64,000 nucleotides of DNA from Gammaproteobacteria bacterium. GTDB taxonomy: Bacteria > Pseudomonadota > Gammaproteobacteria > Eutrophobiales > Eutrophobiaceae. The position numbers were made by a program, and so were the translations under genes. The notes below the pieces were generated by a model, which saw only the letters and a program-made list of their open reading frames with translations, did not search any database and had not been told where the DNA came from. The stretch's first letter is position 1, and every line of letters starts with the position of its first letter. Location of the stretch: assembly GCA_965222155.1 (NCBI GenBank), contig CBDCTH010000012.1:2848001-2912000 (forward strand), written 5' to 3'. This document shows positions 20,321 through 30,275 of the stretch, piece by piece.

Positions 20321-22430
20321 TCTCTTCCTCCTCTATGCCGTCGCTATCCATTAACCCTACTGGATCAATATCTAATTCTATAGCCAAATTAGCCAATTCA
20401 ATTGCCGCACTACTGTTTAACGCAGTTTTAGCAAACTGGATACCCCTCTGGAACTCACTCTTTAGCAAAGAAAATTGTTCTGGCTCAGACTCCAAACTTA
20501 CCGGCACTACAATGGCATCGAAAAGAACTGCCTTGTATTTATCCTTGCATGTTCTTAAAACACGTCCTCGCCTTTGAATAAATTGCCTTGGATTCTGGGA
20601 AGAAGCCAAAATAATTGCGTGCGAAATTTTAGGTATATTGACTCCCTGATCCAAACATTTGATAGAACAGAGTATACCCCCGAAATTCTCAAAATATTCA
20701 AGGGTTGCTGTAGTATCACTCTCCATATTCGTATGGTATTCCAACGGAGAAAATCCTTCACGCTTTAAAGAATCCATAACTTGTCTTAATTGAAACTGAT
20801 CCTCACAATAAATGAGCCAGCTCTCGCCCTCATGATACTGTTTCTTTAAGATATCTACAGTGAGAGGAGTTTTTGCTTTAGCCTTCTTCGCTATCCTCGA
20901 GCGTTGGATGATTAAGTTTTGTAAGTATGGCGAAATATGTACATTTCCATCCCTATCTCGTTTGGAACGTGCAAACTCCTTTGAAATCTTATCGGTTTCT
21001 TTCGCCCACTGCTCTGACTCTTCCGCATTAAGCCGAACAGTCACAGGAAAATACTCATAGGGCACAAGACGCCTATCGTTTATCGCATCTACTAATGTAT
21101 ACGGAGGTTGAACAATTACACCAAAATAATTCAGTATTTTGGATGTGCCCTCAGGGTCACCATATCTTTTGGGTGTCGCGCTCAATCCGAGCCTTGGCCC
21201 TGAATCGATAGTTAGTGCTTTAGAGTTCTCTCTACTCCCAACTTCATGTACCTCATCGGCAATTAGCATGATATGTTTACCTTGATTAAGAGAAGCTAGA
21301 AAAGCATCTGTACGCGCTGTCTGCATCGTCACTAATACAACTCTTTTTCCTAAGCCCTGTAACGGTGATGTAAAATCAAACAGTCGCCTGTCTTTTTTCC
21401 ATCTGTTGTGTCCATCACCTGCCTTTAATAGATGCACTCCTTCAATTTCTTCAATAAGTTCTACAGCCCATTGACGATGTAACAGCTTATCTGGAACTAA
21501 AATAATAGCTACGCCTTGAGGCTCCAAGTGTTCTTTGAGGGCGGTGATGGTAGTGAACGTTTTACCGCTACCAGTTGCGTGTTCTAAAATTCCTTTTTTG
21601 TCCTGTTTTTTCCACTCAGCAATAGCTTTTAACTGATGCTTTAGAGGTTTGCGTATTTCATGTGAAGGAGACTCTTCTTTGATTTTATGTTCTGCCAGTT
21701 GATGACCAAGACTGAAAAAATCAATGATATCTCCAGAGTTAATATCATCCAAAGAACTTTTCGCTACCGTTTTGAGCTTTTCTATTCCCACTTCAGGAAA
21801 CGGTATTACTTCCAGATCCCGTACCTGACTATTCCATAGCTTTTCAAAATATTCCTGGTCGCGCCCTACTTGTCTCTCATCTCTACCTTCACGCCAACTA
21901 CAGAATACATCCAGCGTTTCATGATTTCCTCTTTCACACCAACCAGTCCAAGTTTCATTAATTGATCCTTTGAAACTAACGGCATTGTTAAGCTCATCAT
22001 AGAAAATACCCAATTTCGCGTGATAATCACCTTGAGCCTCAGGTAAAAAAGCGAGTTTTACCTCCATTACACCCAGTGAAATTAATGTGGCCAATGCTTC
22101 TGTATTTTTTGCAACCGGCTGATTGGCTAACAAAAAGTCTATATCCCTACTAAGGGCGCTATATGCACCGTCAAATTTGTTTTTATAACCCGTATCAATG
22201 GCTTCAATGTCGTCTTCTGTCAGGTATGGAGAGCTTACCAAGCGTATTTTTCCGCCTCGTTTCACAAAGTTGATGATATCGGGACCAATTAGGATAAAAA
22301 CTGAAGAGCGAAAATAGCCTACAGACCGATTGTATCCGACAGCCTCGGAAAGACATGGACGATAAAAGGCTTCAACCAAATCTGTATCACCGGTAAAATA
22401 TTCCTCTTGTAGATGAATATCTTTTAACAA
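20307..22430 (-). CDS. pbeA: PLD-nuclease + DEAD/DEAH helicase, probable PbeA
   Basis: N-terminal RSVGYFRSS, YHAKLGIF (HxK), GSINET; helicase HATGSGKT, DEVH, LSATP, QFIQRRGRVLR. Confidence 0.78.
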   Translation of the reverse strand: MLKDIHLQEEYFTGDTDLVEAFYRPCLSEAVGYNRSVGYFRSSVFILIGPDIINFVKRGGKIRLVSSPYLTEDDIEAIDTGYKNKFDGAYSALSRDIDFLLANQPVAKNTEALATLISLGVMEVKLAFLPEAQGDYHAKLGIFYDELNNAVSFKGSINETWTGWCERGNHETLDVFCSWREGRDERQVGRDQEYFEKLWNSQVRDLEVIPFPEVGIEKLKTVAKSSLDDINSGDIIDFFSLGHQLAEHKIKEESPSHEIRKPLKHQLKAIAEWKKQDKKGILEHATGSGKTFTTITALKEHLEPQGVAIILVPDKLLHRQWAVELIEEIEGVHLLKAGDGHNRWKKDRRLFDFTSPLQGLGKRVVLVTMQTARTDAFLASLNQGKHIMLIADEVHEVGSRENSKALTIDSGPRLGLSATPKRYGDPEGTSKILNYFGVIVQPPYTLVDAINDRRLVPYEYFPVTVRLNAEESEQWAKETDKISKEFARSKRDRDGNVHISPYLQNLIIQRSRIAKKAKAKTPLTVDILKKQYHEGESWLIYCEDQFQLRQVMDSLKREGFSPLEYHTNMESDTTATLEYFENFGGILCSIKCLDQGVNIPKISHAIILASSQNPRQFIQRRGRVLRTCKDKYKAVLFDAIVVPVSLESEPEQFSLLKSEFQRGIQFAKTALNSSAAIELANLAIELDIDPVGLMDSDGIEEEENGDV

Positions 22431-22481
22431 CAGAAAAACCCCTGATAAGGCCTACGAAACTTCTATTCGGTTCATCATGCC

Positions 22482-22886
22482 TTAATTACTCTGTTTATCT
22501 TTATGTTGCCTCGTGAGAGAAAGCAAATCGGACAAACATCTGACCTTTCCCGATGTCCCTAAGTAGCCGATACCACGGTGGAGATGTAATTTAAACTGCT
22601 GCGCCAACGTTGTATCGTCAGTTGGTAACTTGTCACGAAGACAACGCGTTTTCAACACAGCGATCAGTAATTCTTCATTACCAGGGCCTGTAAAAGTCCG
22701 CCAGGACATCTCTACGTTGCTATCAGTAACAATATCCATTTTGGGGGGTATACTTTTTTCCGCCAAAGAAAGGCAAAATGCCCACCTGCAGAGAATATTC
22801 CATTGAGATATACCAGTTTTGCGCTTCAAATTAGACAAACGGTCTTTTGCTTCACTGGACAGCCGGATGTTTCCTAGGCCAGTCAT
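22482..22886 (-). CDS. dndE: DNA sulfur modification protein DndE
   Basis: IRLS..AKDRL..LKRKTGI..WNILCRWAFCLSLAE...DSNVEMSWRTF...LHLHRGIGYL. Confidence 0.95.
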   Translation of the reverse strand: MTGLGNIRLSSEAKDRLSNLKRKTGISQWNILCRWAFCLSLAEKSIPPKMDIVTDSNVEMSWRTFTGPGNEELLIAVLKTRCLRDKLPTDDTTLAQQFKLHLHRGIGYLGTSGKVRCLSDLLSLTRQHKDKQSN

Positions 22887-24871
22887 ACACTCTCCAGAAA
22901 TCCGTTAGAAACAGTGGTTGCACCCGTTGCGTCATCATAGTCTAAGTGGTAACTCTTTCCGACCCATGGGCGCAATCGATATAGATAATCGCCAGCAATT
23001 TCTTCATCTGTGGTAAACAGCAATGTTTGATGGCTCGCGTTGGGGAGATATCGCTCGACCAGACGGTCCCGGTGAGTTGAATCGAGACGTCCCATTGGCG
23101 TGTCAATGGCAACAGGCAGTAATTTACCTGACGCTTTTGCCATTCCCCATAGCAGGGCGACAGCCAGTAACTGTCGCTCGCCGGCTGATAACTGCTCGGA
23201 GGAAATGGGGGTTTGTTCCATGTCGCGCAGAAGAACAGCAAAGGTCTCCGGATGGATCCGTAATGTAGAAATCAACCTGTCTTTACGTAGTAAGGATTGA
23301 TAACTTTCCAGTGCCAGACGTTCCACGCTCCCGATATGACGGTGCAAAACGGCGGAACCGAACTCCGCCAGTGTCTGTCTCGCTAATTGTGAGTGTTGCA
23401 TAAAACGTTCGTCGTCCCTGTGTGATAACTTAGATTCGGCATTCTTTTCCCATAAGGTATTGATCTGGGATTCGAGACGATCACTCTCCCTGCGTATTTT
23501 TTCAAGTTCACTGTCTATACTTGTGATTTCATTTTCCAGTCTTATGATTTTGGTAACCAGTAAATCACGTTTTTTGACAATCTCATCAATAGAATCTTCT
23601 GGAGGAATTCCCGCTTTTTCTAACAGCGCCGCTTTCATTTCATCCCCTAGCTTGTGCTGCTTCACGAGTATATCCCTGACACTTTTTTCCAAACGAGACA
23701 GTTTGCTTTGCAGAAACGTATTCAGTCGCGTGACATTAGCATCACTTATGTTTAGCGGGGTTTTACCGGCTGCCAGTTCCTCCTGTTTTTCTAAATCGTC
23801 CTTGCAGAATTCTTCCAAAGCTTCCACCACGGCAGATGTATTCGACAGGGTTTGTACCAAACGAAGCATTCTAGTATCGCGCTCGCGCAGGTTTTCCACC
23901 ATGGCACGAGCCTGTGCAATCTTCTGTCCCTTTGTTGCATAACAGGCTACATCGTGCAATAGATCCTCGATCAAGAGCAATGGCAATTCGCTATTTGCGA
24001 GTTCCGCCATTTGGATATTACAAGCATCAAGGTTAGCTTCTACTTTGTTTACGCGGCGTTGTATTTCCTCGCGCCGGTCACGTAGTTCGCCCCCCAACAT
24101 TCGATACTCCTCCATCACGCAAGCTAGATCATCTCTGACCATGTCCAGTTCCTGTGTTTGTAGAACGGCTCTTTTTTCCACCTTCCGTTCGATTTGTTTA
24201 CGGAGAGACCTTGACTCCTTTTCTTTTTGGCGGATGATTTCGTTGTCTACGGCAGGCATTGTCGTACCCTGCCGCCGTCGTTCCAGAACTCGCAGATCCT
24301 TTTGCAGGCGTTCTACCACGTCTATACCAAACAGGTTGCGTACTCCGTTTGCGATCAGTTGACGGGCGCCATCTGGTGACGCGTAGGCGGCAATTTTTTC
24401 CCCATCAAAGAAGAACAGATGAGCAATATTCACCGGGATGATGTCATTGACATATTGGCCCCAGTTTTCCGTGAGAGATTTGTCAATACATTGATCTCGG
24501 GTAACCTCCAGTTTTTCCTTGACGCTATTGTTGGCACCTTCACTTTGCCAAGCACGAGTCACGTGGTAACAGGTTTCCACACTGTCTACAGTGCATCGAA
24601 AAACAACGGAAATGGAAGCCTGTCTCCTCGGTGAATGTTTATGGATTTTACTGGCGAGGAAGTCTTTATAACCACTACCATTGCGCCCTGCACACGTAGC
24701 TGCGGGGCCGAACAGGCACAGCTGTAGAGCGTCCATCAGTGTTGTTTTGCCAGCGCCGTTCAGTCCGCCAAACAACACAATCGGCTTATCCGAGGACGGC
24801 GGAGTCAAATCAATTTCCTGCACGCCAGCATACACCCCGAAGTCGTGCAATGTGATTTGATCAAGAATCAT
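22883..24871 (-). CDS. dndD: DNA sulfur modification protein DndD (SMC-like ATPase)
   Basis: GGLNGAGKTT, LFFFDGEKI, LSAGERQLLA, IDTPMGRLDSTHR, ASHQ; lies between dndC and dndE. Confidence 0.93.
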   Translation of the reverse strand: MILDQITLHDFGVYAGVQEIDLTPPSSDKPIVLFGGLNGAGKTTLMDALQLCLFGPAATCAGRNGSGYKDFLASKIHKHSPRRQASISVVFRCTVDSVETCYHVTRAWQSEGANNSVKEKLEVTRDQCIDKSLTENWGQYVNDIIPVNIAHLFFFDGEKIAAYASPDGARQLIANGVRNLFGIDVVERLQKDLRVLERRRQGTTMPAVDNEIIRQKEKESRSLRKQIERKVEKRAVLQTQELDMVRDDLACVMEEYRMLGGELRDRREEIQRRVNKVEANLDACNIQMAELANSELPLLLIEDLLHDVACYATKGQKIAQARAMVENLRERDTRMLRLVQTLSNTSAVVEALEEFCKDDLEKQEELAAGKTPLNISDANVTRLNTFLQSKLSRLEKSVRDILVKQHKLGDEMKAALLEKAGIPPEDSIDEIVKKRDLLVTKIIRLENEITSIDSELEKIRRESDRLESQINTLWEKNAESKLSHRDDERFMQHSQLARQTLAEFGSAVLHRHIGSVERLALESYQSLLRKDRLISTLRIHPETFAVLLRDMEQTPISSEQLSAGERQLLAVALLWGMAKASGKLLPVAIDTPMGRLDSTHRDRLVERYLPNASHQTLLFTTDEEIAGDYLYRLRPWVGKSYHLDYDDATGATTVSNGFLESV

Positions 24872-26375
24872 CTGTATGTGTGTCTATTTCCTGTTTTTCA
24901 GCCACCGCGGTGAGTATCTGCTGACGTTGCCGGGCACGACCGACGGCATCTTCTTCATCACTATAATAGTTGCGCTCAATTGCGCTTTGCAGAGATTGAA
25001 ACACACCGGTACGGCGTATTGCCGGTTTATGGCGGCTTCCTATGGCAAGCAGCTCTCGTACCATTTCGTATTGATTCTGATTTTCGCCGCACAATTCACG
25101 TAGTAGTTGCATTTCCTGAGCACTGAAAACCGCACTATTATTAAGCTTACGCCCAGGATATTCTTCGCCGGTGGCGTCCTGATAAATACGTGGGAGATTA
25201 TCTTCCATCTCATGTTTTTCCACGACCCAGATGCGGCGAATCTCCTCCATTTCTTCCAGCTGAATCAGAGACAGGTTGCGGACGTATTCCGGTCCAATAC
25301 GGCGCACGATTGCTTGCGTTTCCAGCAGACGATGCAGTAGATGTTCGCGAAATTCTTGCTTATAGGGGCCAGGAATAGTTCGTCCATGAAAAAGCTGAAC
25401 TTGGCCATTCATGCGCCGGTAGTCTCGTAAAGGGCGGTCACCACCTTCTGGCATTGCGCGAAAATCAATCTCAGCCCGAATCTCCAAAAGCGGCATCATC
25501 CATTGCTTTTCCTCGTCGTTATGAATCATAGCCTGCATAGATTTGTCTTTTTCCACCAGCGTGCAAACCCAGCAACCGAAACGACTGTCACCACAACTTG
25601 GCGTCCCACTGGACACCACCAGCGGACACTCACCACCTTCCGTTGCACCTTTATACATGCTGAACAGATCCATGTTATCATGCCCCCACGGATTAGACTT
25701 TTCCAGTAGAAAAAGCCAAACATCATCATTTGCCCAATCCTCAATCGGCGTGTAAATGAACGAGTTGGAAAGATTGGCGTTCGGACTGATTTTTGCTCGT
25801 ACTCGCCCTTCTTCATGTCGGTCCATTGTTCGCGCGCGAGCTACACTTTCCGCCTTGCGGGAACCGAGAACTAAAAGTGTTTCACCATGTTTGTCAACTA
25901 CGGACGAAATGAAACGATGCGCCGGACGGATTTTTAATCGCTCAGTACACCAACGAAATTTTTGGCGTGGCGCTGCGTACCCTCGTCCAATCAGATTGAC
26001 CCAAAAACTATCAGCCAACTCTGGCGTTAAGCGATGCGAGGTGATGGGTAACCCTTGTGCCTCGGCGGCGTTTTGCATCTTGCTCAACGAATTACCCACC
26101 CAGGCGGCGACAATCGGGTTTTCTACCAATGTGTCTGTGCTGATGACATGAACGGGCTTATGTGCCCGTTTCGTTCCAATGCTTTGCAATGCAAACCAAA
26201 CCAATTGCAGGGTTGCCGTCGAGTCCTTGCCGCCACTGTATCCGACCGTCCAGGGAATATCATCGGCAAGATACACTTCCACCAATTCCTGCACGATAAC
26301 AGCAACACCCTCCTCAAAATCACCGCACGCATCAAAATATGAACAAGGTATGTTACCGTTTTGTTTCGCAGTCAT
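24861..26375 (-). CDS. dndC: DNA phosphorothioation sulfurtransferase DndC
   Basis: YSGGKDS, DTLVENP, FRWCTERLKI, ECPLVV...PSCGDSRFGCWVCT. Confidence 0.95.
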   Translation of the reverse strand: MTAKQNGNIPCSYFDACGDFEEGVAVIVQELVEVYLADDIPWTVGYSGGKDSTATLQLVWFALQSIGTKRAHKPVHVISTDTLVENPIVAAWVGNSLSKMQNAAEAQGLPITSHRLTPELADSFWVNLIGRGYAAPRQKFRWCTERLKIRPAHRFISSVVDKHGETLLVLGSRKAESVARARTMDRHEEGRVRAKISPNANLSNSFIYTPIEDWANDDVWLFLLEKSNPWGHDNMDLFSMYKGATEGGECPLVVSSGTPSCGDSRFGCWVCTLVEKDKSMQAMIHNDEEKQWMMPLLEIRAEIDFRAMPEGGDRPLRDYRRMNGQVQLFHGRTIPGPYKQEFREHLLHRLLETQAIVRRIGPEYVRNLSLIQLEEMEEIRRIWVVEKHEMEDNLPRIYQDATGEEYPGRKLNNSAVFSAQEMQLLRELCGENQNQYEMVRELLAIGSRHKPAIRRTGVFQSLQSAIERNYYSDEEDAVGRARQRQQILTAVAEKQEIDTHTDDS

Positions 26376-26601
26376 CTTTATCCTAGTTCAATACTTATGA
26401 GACAAACTAAGCAGTCTGTGTGAATTGTTGATAATACGCCATTGGTAGTCGTTAAGCCAATTCCGTCATGGTAACGACAGGTGTTTTTACATGGTTGATA
26501 CTCTGACTGTTTTTGGTTAATGGCAGTCACCAACAGCCTGTCACTGAAATTCGCCCAGCGACGGTTGGACAACTATGCCCTGACCCGGGCCAACCAGCTA
26601 G

Positions 26602-28686
26602 CCCAAGTTTAACACCAACCCCCCGAATTTTGGTTGATTTTGGCTGATTTTCACCTGCAACTGCCGGTAAGTGATTGATTTTTCATGGTGAGGTGGGGGA
26701 GTTTAGCAAATGTAGTGCCATAATATTATATTTGTCTCTTGACGTGCCTTCCCCCGTCCGCTATCCTACCCCCCCTGTTCATCCGTCGCACCCGTACCCG
26801 TCATACCGACACCGGCCAGAAGTATTTCACCTACCGCCTGGTGCGCACCGAACGCATAGGGGAGAAAGTCCGCCAACGCACCCTGCTCAACCTCGGCAGT
26901 CACTACGATATCGACCGGGCCCACTGGCCGATGCTCTGTGCCCGCATCGAGCACTGGCTGGCCGGCCAGGCCGATTTGCTTGATCCGGATTGTCCGGCGG
27001 CGGTGGAAACCGAAGCGCAACGCAGCGCCGCCCAACTGCTGGCCCGCGCCCCGGCGCCCCCCGGCGCGGCGTCCCCCGAGGAGGTGCTGCACCGGGTGGC
27101 CGTCGATTCCCTGGCCCTGCTGCGGCCACGCTCGGTGGGGGTGGAAGCGGTAGGCCTGTGGGCCTTGCAGCAACTGGGCGTGCCGGCCTTGCTGGCACGA
27201 CTGGGGTTGACCGGGCCGCAACAGGCCGCCGCACTGGGGTCAATCATCGGGCGCCTGGCGGCACCGGGGTCGGAACGGGCCACCCATGCCTGGCTGGGTC
27301 AGCGCAGCGCCCTGGGCGAGTTGCTGGGGGTAGACTTTGAAGCCATGAGCGCCCTGCAACTGTATCGTGCCTCGGACGCCTTGCTGGCACACCGGAACGA
27401 CATCGAACGCCACCTGTTCCGGCAAGTGACTGATTTGTTCGGCTTAGCCCCCACCGTGACCCTGTATGACTTGACCAACACCTGCTTCGAGGGGGAGGCC
27501 GGGGCACAGCCGAAGGCGCGCCGCGGCCACTCGAAGGAGACACGCAGTGACTGTCCGTTGCTGACCTTGGGGCTGGTGCTGGACGGCAGTGGCTTTGTAC
27601 GACGCTCCCAGGTATTTGCCGGTACTGTCCGGGAAGACCGTACCCTGGCGGCCATGCTGACGGCGTTAGCAGCGCCGACGGGGGCCTTGGTGGTCATGGA
27701 CCGGGGGATTGCCACTGAGGCCAACATCACCTGGTTGCGTGAGCAGGGCTACCGTTACCTGGTGGTGAGCCGTGCCCGACACCGCCAATTTGACCTGGAG
27801 CAGGCCGTGACGATTGACACCGCCGCCGGGCAGCCGTTGCAACTGCATCGGGAACAGGGCGAGGACGAGACCCGCTTGTACTGTTATTCGGCCGCACGGG
27901 CCGAGAAGGAGAACGCCATGGCGGCCCGCTTCCAACAACGTTTCGAGGCCGGCCTGCAACGCCTGGCCGACGGGCTGGCGCGGCCGCGTACCCGCAAGGG
28001 CTTGAACAGCATCCACCAACGCCTCGGTCGGTTGCGTGAGACGAGTCGGGGGATGGCACCGCATTACGACATTACGGTAACGCCCGACTCCCGCGGCAAG
28101 CAGACCGCGTCCATCACCTGGCAGCGGCGGCCCCATGACGGTTCCCTGCTGACGCATCCCGGGGTGTATTGCCTGCGTAGCAACCTGACTGACTGGGATG
28201 CGGAGACGCTCTGGCGTACCTATACCCTGCTGACCGACCTGGAGGCCGTGTTCCGCGCACTGAAATCGGAGTTGGGTCTGCGTCCGGTGTGTCACCAGAC
28301 GCCGCCACGCGCCGAGGGGCACCTGTTCATCACCGTGTTGGCCTATCAGGCGGTGCAAACTATCCGCCGGCGGCTGCGGGCGCACGGGGAAACGGCCAGT
28401 TGGTCTACCTTGCGCCGTCTGCTGGGGGGACAGCAGCGGGTGACCGCCACCTTCCGGTGTGCCGACCGGCGTACCCTGCATGTACGCAAGGCCACGCGCC
28501 CGGAAGCCGAGCAGCAGGCCCTCTACAGGCTATTGGGCATCGAGGAGAACCCTGGCGGTACGCAAAAGACGGTGGTGTGATACGTTAACTGACCGGCAAA
28601 GGGCACTTTGTAGTGCCAGAAGCCAAATTTATAAATTCTAATTGATTGAATAATAAGAACTTATAAATAGGGGTGTTAAACTTGGG
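26602..28686 (+). mobile_element. IS1634-family insertion sequence
   Basis: Terminal inverted repeats CCCAAGTTTAACACC / GGTGTTAAACTTGGG, CTAG duplicated on both sides (26598-26601, 28687-28690), subterminal TGTAGTGCCA repeats. Confidence 0.92.
26739..28580 (+). CDS. IS1634-family transposase
   Basis: FIRRT...TYRLV...VRQRTLLNLG; LYDLTNT.FEG; RGHSKE.RSDCPL; VVMDRGIATE; EAVFRALKSELGLRP; HLFITVLAY. Confidence 0.9.
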   Translation: MTCLPPSAILPPLFIRRTRTRHTDTGQKYFTYRLVRTERIGEKVRQRTLLNLGSHYDIDRAHWPMLCARIEHWLAGQADLLDPDCPAAVETEAQRSAAQLLARAPAPPGAASPEEVLHRVAVDSLALLRPRSVGVEAVGLWALQQLGVPALLARLGLTGPQQAAALGSIIGRLAAPGSERATHAWLGQRSALGELLGVDFEAMSALQLYRASDALLAHRNDIERHLFRQVTDLFGLAPTVTLYDLTNTCFEGEAGAQPKARRGHSKETRSDCPLLTLGLVLDGSGFVRRSQVFAGTVREDRTLAAMLTALAAPTGALVVMDRGIATEANITWLREQGYRYLVVSRARHRQFDLEQAVTIDTAAGQPLQLHREQGEDETRLYCYSAARAEKENAMAARFQQRFEAGLQRLADGLARPRTRKGLNSIHQRLGRLRETSRGMAPHYDITVTPDSRGKQTASITWQRRPHDGSLLTHPGVYCLRSNLTDWDAETLWRTYTLLTDLEAVFRALKSELGLRPVCHQTPPRAEGHLFITVLAYQAVQTIRRRLRAHGETASWSTLRRLLGGQQRVTATFRCADRRTLHVRKATRPEAEQQALYRLLGIEENPGGTQKTVV

Positions 28687-28721
28687 CTAGCTGAAGTGGA
28701 ATAGCTGAAGGTAATCAACTT

Positions 28722-29816
28722 TCAGCTGAAATTTGGCTGCATCGGTCTCTCTGCAGAGTCCGTCATTTTCACTGCATCCTCTAACACCTTCTCGGCGGCT
28801 TTCAGATTTTCAACCGTTTTATCAATGTCCAGCTTGTCACTGGCGTTGAAGGCTAACCAGTCTTTCCATTGGGCGACAGTCATAGTATGTCCCACCCTCA
28901 TCACCTTCGGCCTGTATACGAATTTTTCGCCTGCTTCAGATATCAGTTTGTGCCACCTGTCCTTCATCTCATATCGCTTATCTTTGTCTGCAATGCACAC
29001 CTTGAAACAAAGTTTTGCATCATCATTTTCAAGTTGAAGGTAGAGACCATCTTCCCCTTCCAGTTTGATCCAGTGCCACCAGAATCCCAGAAAGCCCCCC
29101 GATGGATTACTAACATAACCCCAACTCCACCAGACAGATCTCTCTTTCAATGTCAGTGCTTCCTCAAGGCACCGATAGAATCCTTGCCAAGAACCCCATG
29201 ACCAACTTTTTCTTTCTGCTTTTTTCCAATATTTGAAGCTGTCGGTGTCATTCTCCATTTCTTGCAGATATGCTTTGAAGTCAGTAAGTATCGGGTTGGA
29301 ACCATGGTAGTCATTCAGCACCGACAAAAAATCTGAGCGCTGAAAGACTTTGTACTTGTTCTTTGCACCTTCTATTTCTATTCGTTCTATACGTTGGACA
29401 TCGGCAAGAGGCTGATTGCCTGTCTTGAGATAAATCGGGTAGATATCATCTTTATCAACGACACCAAGTGTCGTCTTCTTATCTCGAACTGCCTCGTAGT
29501 ACCTTTGCAATTGTCTGTCGTGGTCGTCTGTTTGCGTTTTGTCCTCAATTAAAAGCACATGCTTGCCATTGATGCGGGCAAGTACATCAATGCTCTGATC
29601 TTGTTGTTTGATTTCAGCACATTCGATTTCCTCGTACAGGGCGGTCTTATGTTTGCCAAGTAACGCCTGTACAAACCCACGACCACAAGCGTGCAATGCT
29701 TCATCCTTCTGGATATTCTTCTTTTTCGACCAGTCAATCAGCCAACAGATCATTGCGTCTTGCGACAACTCTTTGGTCGCATACTTAAATATATTGGGTC
29801 TGCTTGTGCTTGCCAT
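28722..29816 (-). CDS. PD-(D/E)XK nuclease superfamily protein
   Basis: PNIF..ATKELSQDA..CWL; IDVL...LLIEDK...QLQRY. Start placed at ATG 29816, downstream of ccdA. Confidence 0.75.
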   Translation of the reverse strand: MASTSRPNIFKYATKELSQDAMICWLIDWSKKKNIQKDEALHACGRGFVQALLGKHKTALYEEIECAEIKQQDQSIDVLARINGKHVLLIEDKTQTDDHDRQLQRYYEAVRDKKTTLGVVDKDDIYPIYLKTGNQPLADVQRIERIEIEGAKNKYKVFQRSDFLSVLNDYHGSNPILTDFKAYLQEMENDTDSFKYWKKAERKSWSWGSWQGFYRCLEEALTLKERSVWWSWGYVSNPSGGFLGFWWHWIKLEGEDGLYLQLENDDAKLCFKVCIADKDKRYEMKDRWHKLISEAGEKFVYRPKVMRVGHTMTVAQWKDWLAFNASDKLDIDKTVENLKAAEKVLEDAVKMTDSAERPMQPNFS

Positions 29817-29871
29817 AGTATTGATCTTCTTTCGTACATTATAAAGAAAGCGTTCATACCGAATTGAGTCA

Positions 29872-30117
29872 TCAAAATTCTCTGTACTCATATTCGAAGC
29901 AACTGACCTTGTCCACAAAGTCATTATTAGACTGTATGGCCTTTTTATTTTCTCCCCGCCATTGCTCAACTTTGCTCCACGCCAGTTTTTCCCACAACAC
30001 CTGCTCCAACGTTGCCGATAAGTTGATGTTCAGCGCCCTGGACTTATTTAGTAACTCACTGTTTAAAATAAGGTATATGGTTTTCTTTGGGGCCTGGTAG
30101 TCATACAATGGTTCCAT
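29872..30117 (-). CDS. ccdA: CcdA-family antitoxin (orphan)
   Basis: APKKT..L.LNSELL..SRALNINLSATLE..L...W..ENKKAI...N.FV.......YREF. Confidence 0.8.
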   Translation of the reverse strand: MEPLYDYQAPKKTIYLILNSELLNKSRALNINLSATLEQVLWEKLAWSKVEQWRGENKKAIQSNNDFVDKVSCFEYEYREF

Positions 30118-30275
30118 GCTACGTCCTCACTGGTTAGAGCAGTTCATTATACGCATTGAAATAAGCATTCGTTTATTGGAATATAAGACCTTCTGGCATC
30201 AAATAATTCGTTTCTAACACTGACATTTGCTTTTGTCGCCTCGCCGAATTAGGCTACGAGTAAGGAGAAAATGCC

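Larger units (their letters stand above)
26532..28740 (+). repeat. Degenerate copy of the ppx 3' end (att-like direct repeat), split by IS1634
   Basis: With the IS and one CTAG removed it reads NSLSLKFAQRRLDNYALTRANQLAEVE*LKVINFQLKFG, versus Ppx NGLSLKFPDVWLDNHALTRADLEIEAGYLEVVDFRLGFG. Confidence 0.8.

Noticed and set aside
17757-22430. DndFGH (DptFGH) restriction module
   Set aside because: Sizes and motifs (PLD-helicase, tiny ORF, SMC ATPase, small ORF) fit the Pbe layout; there is no large DndH-type ATPase.
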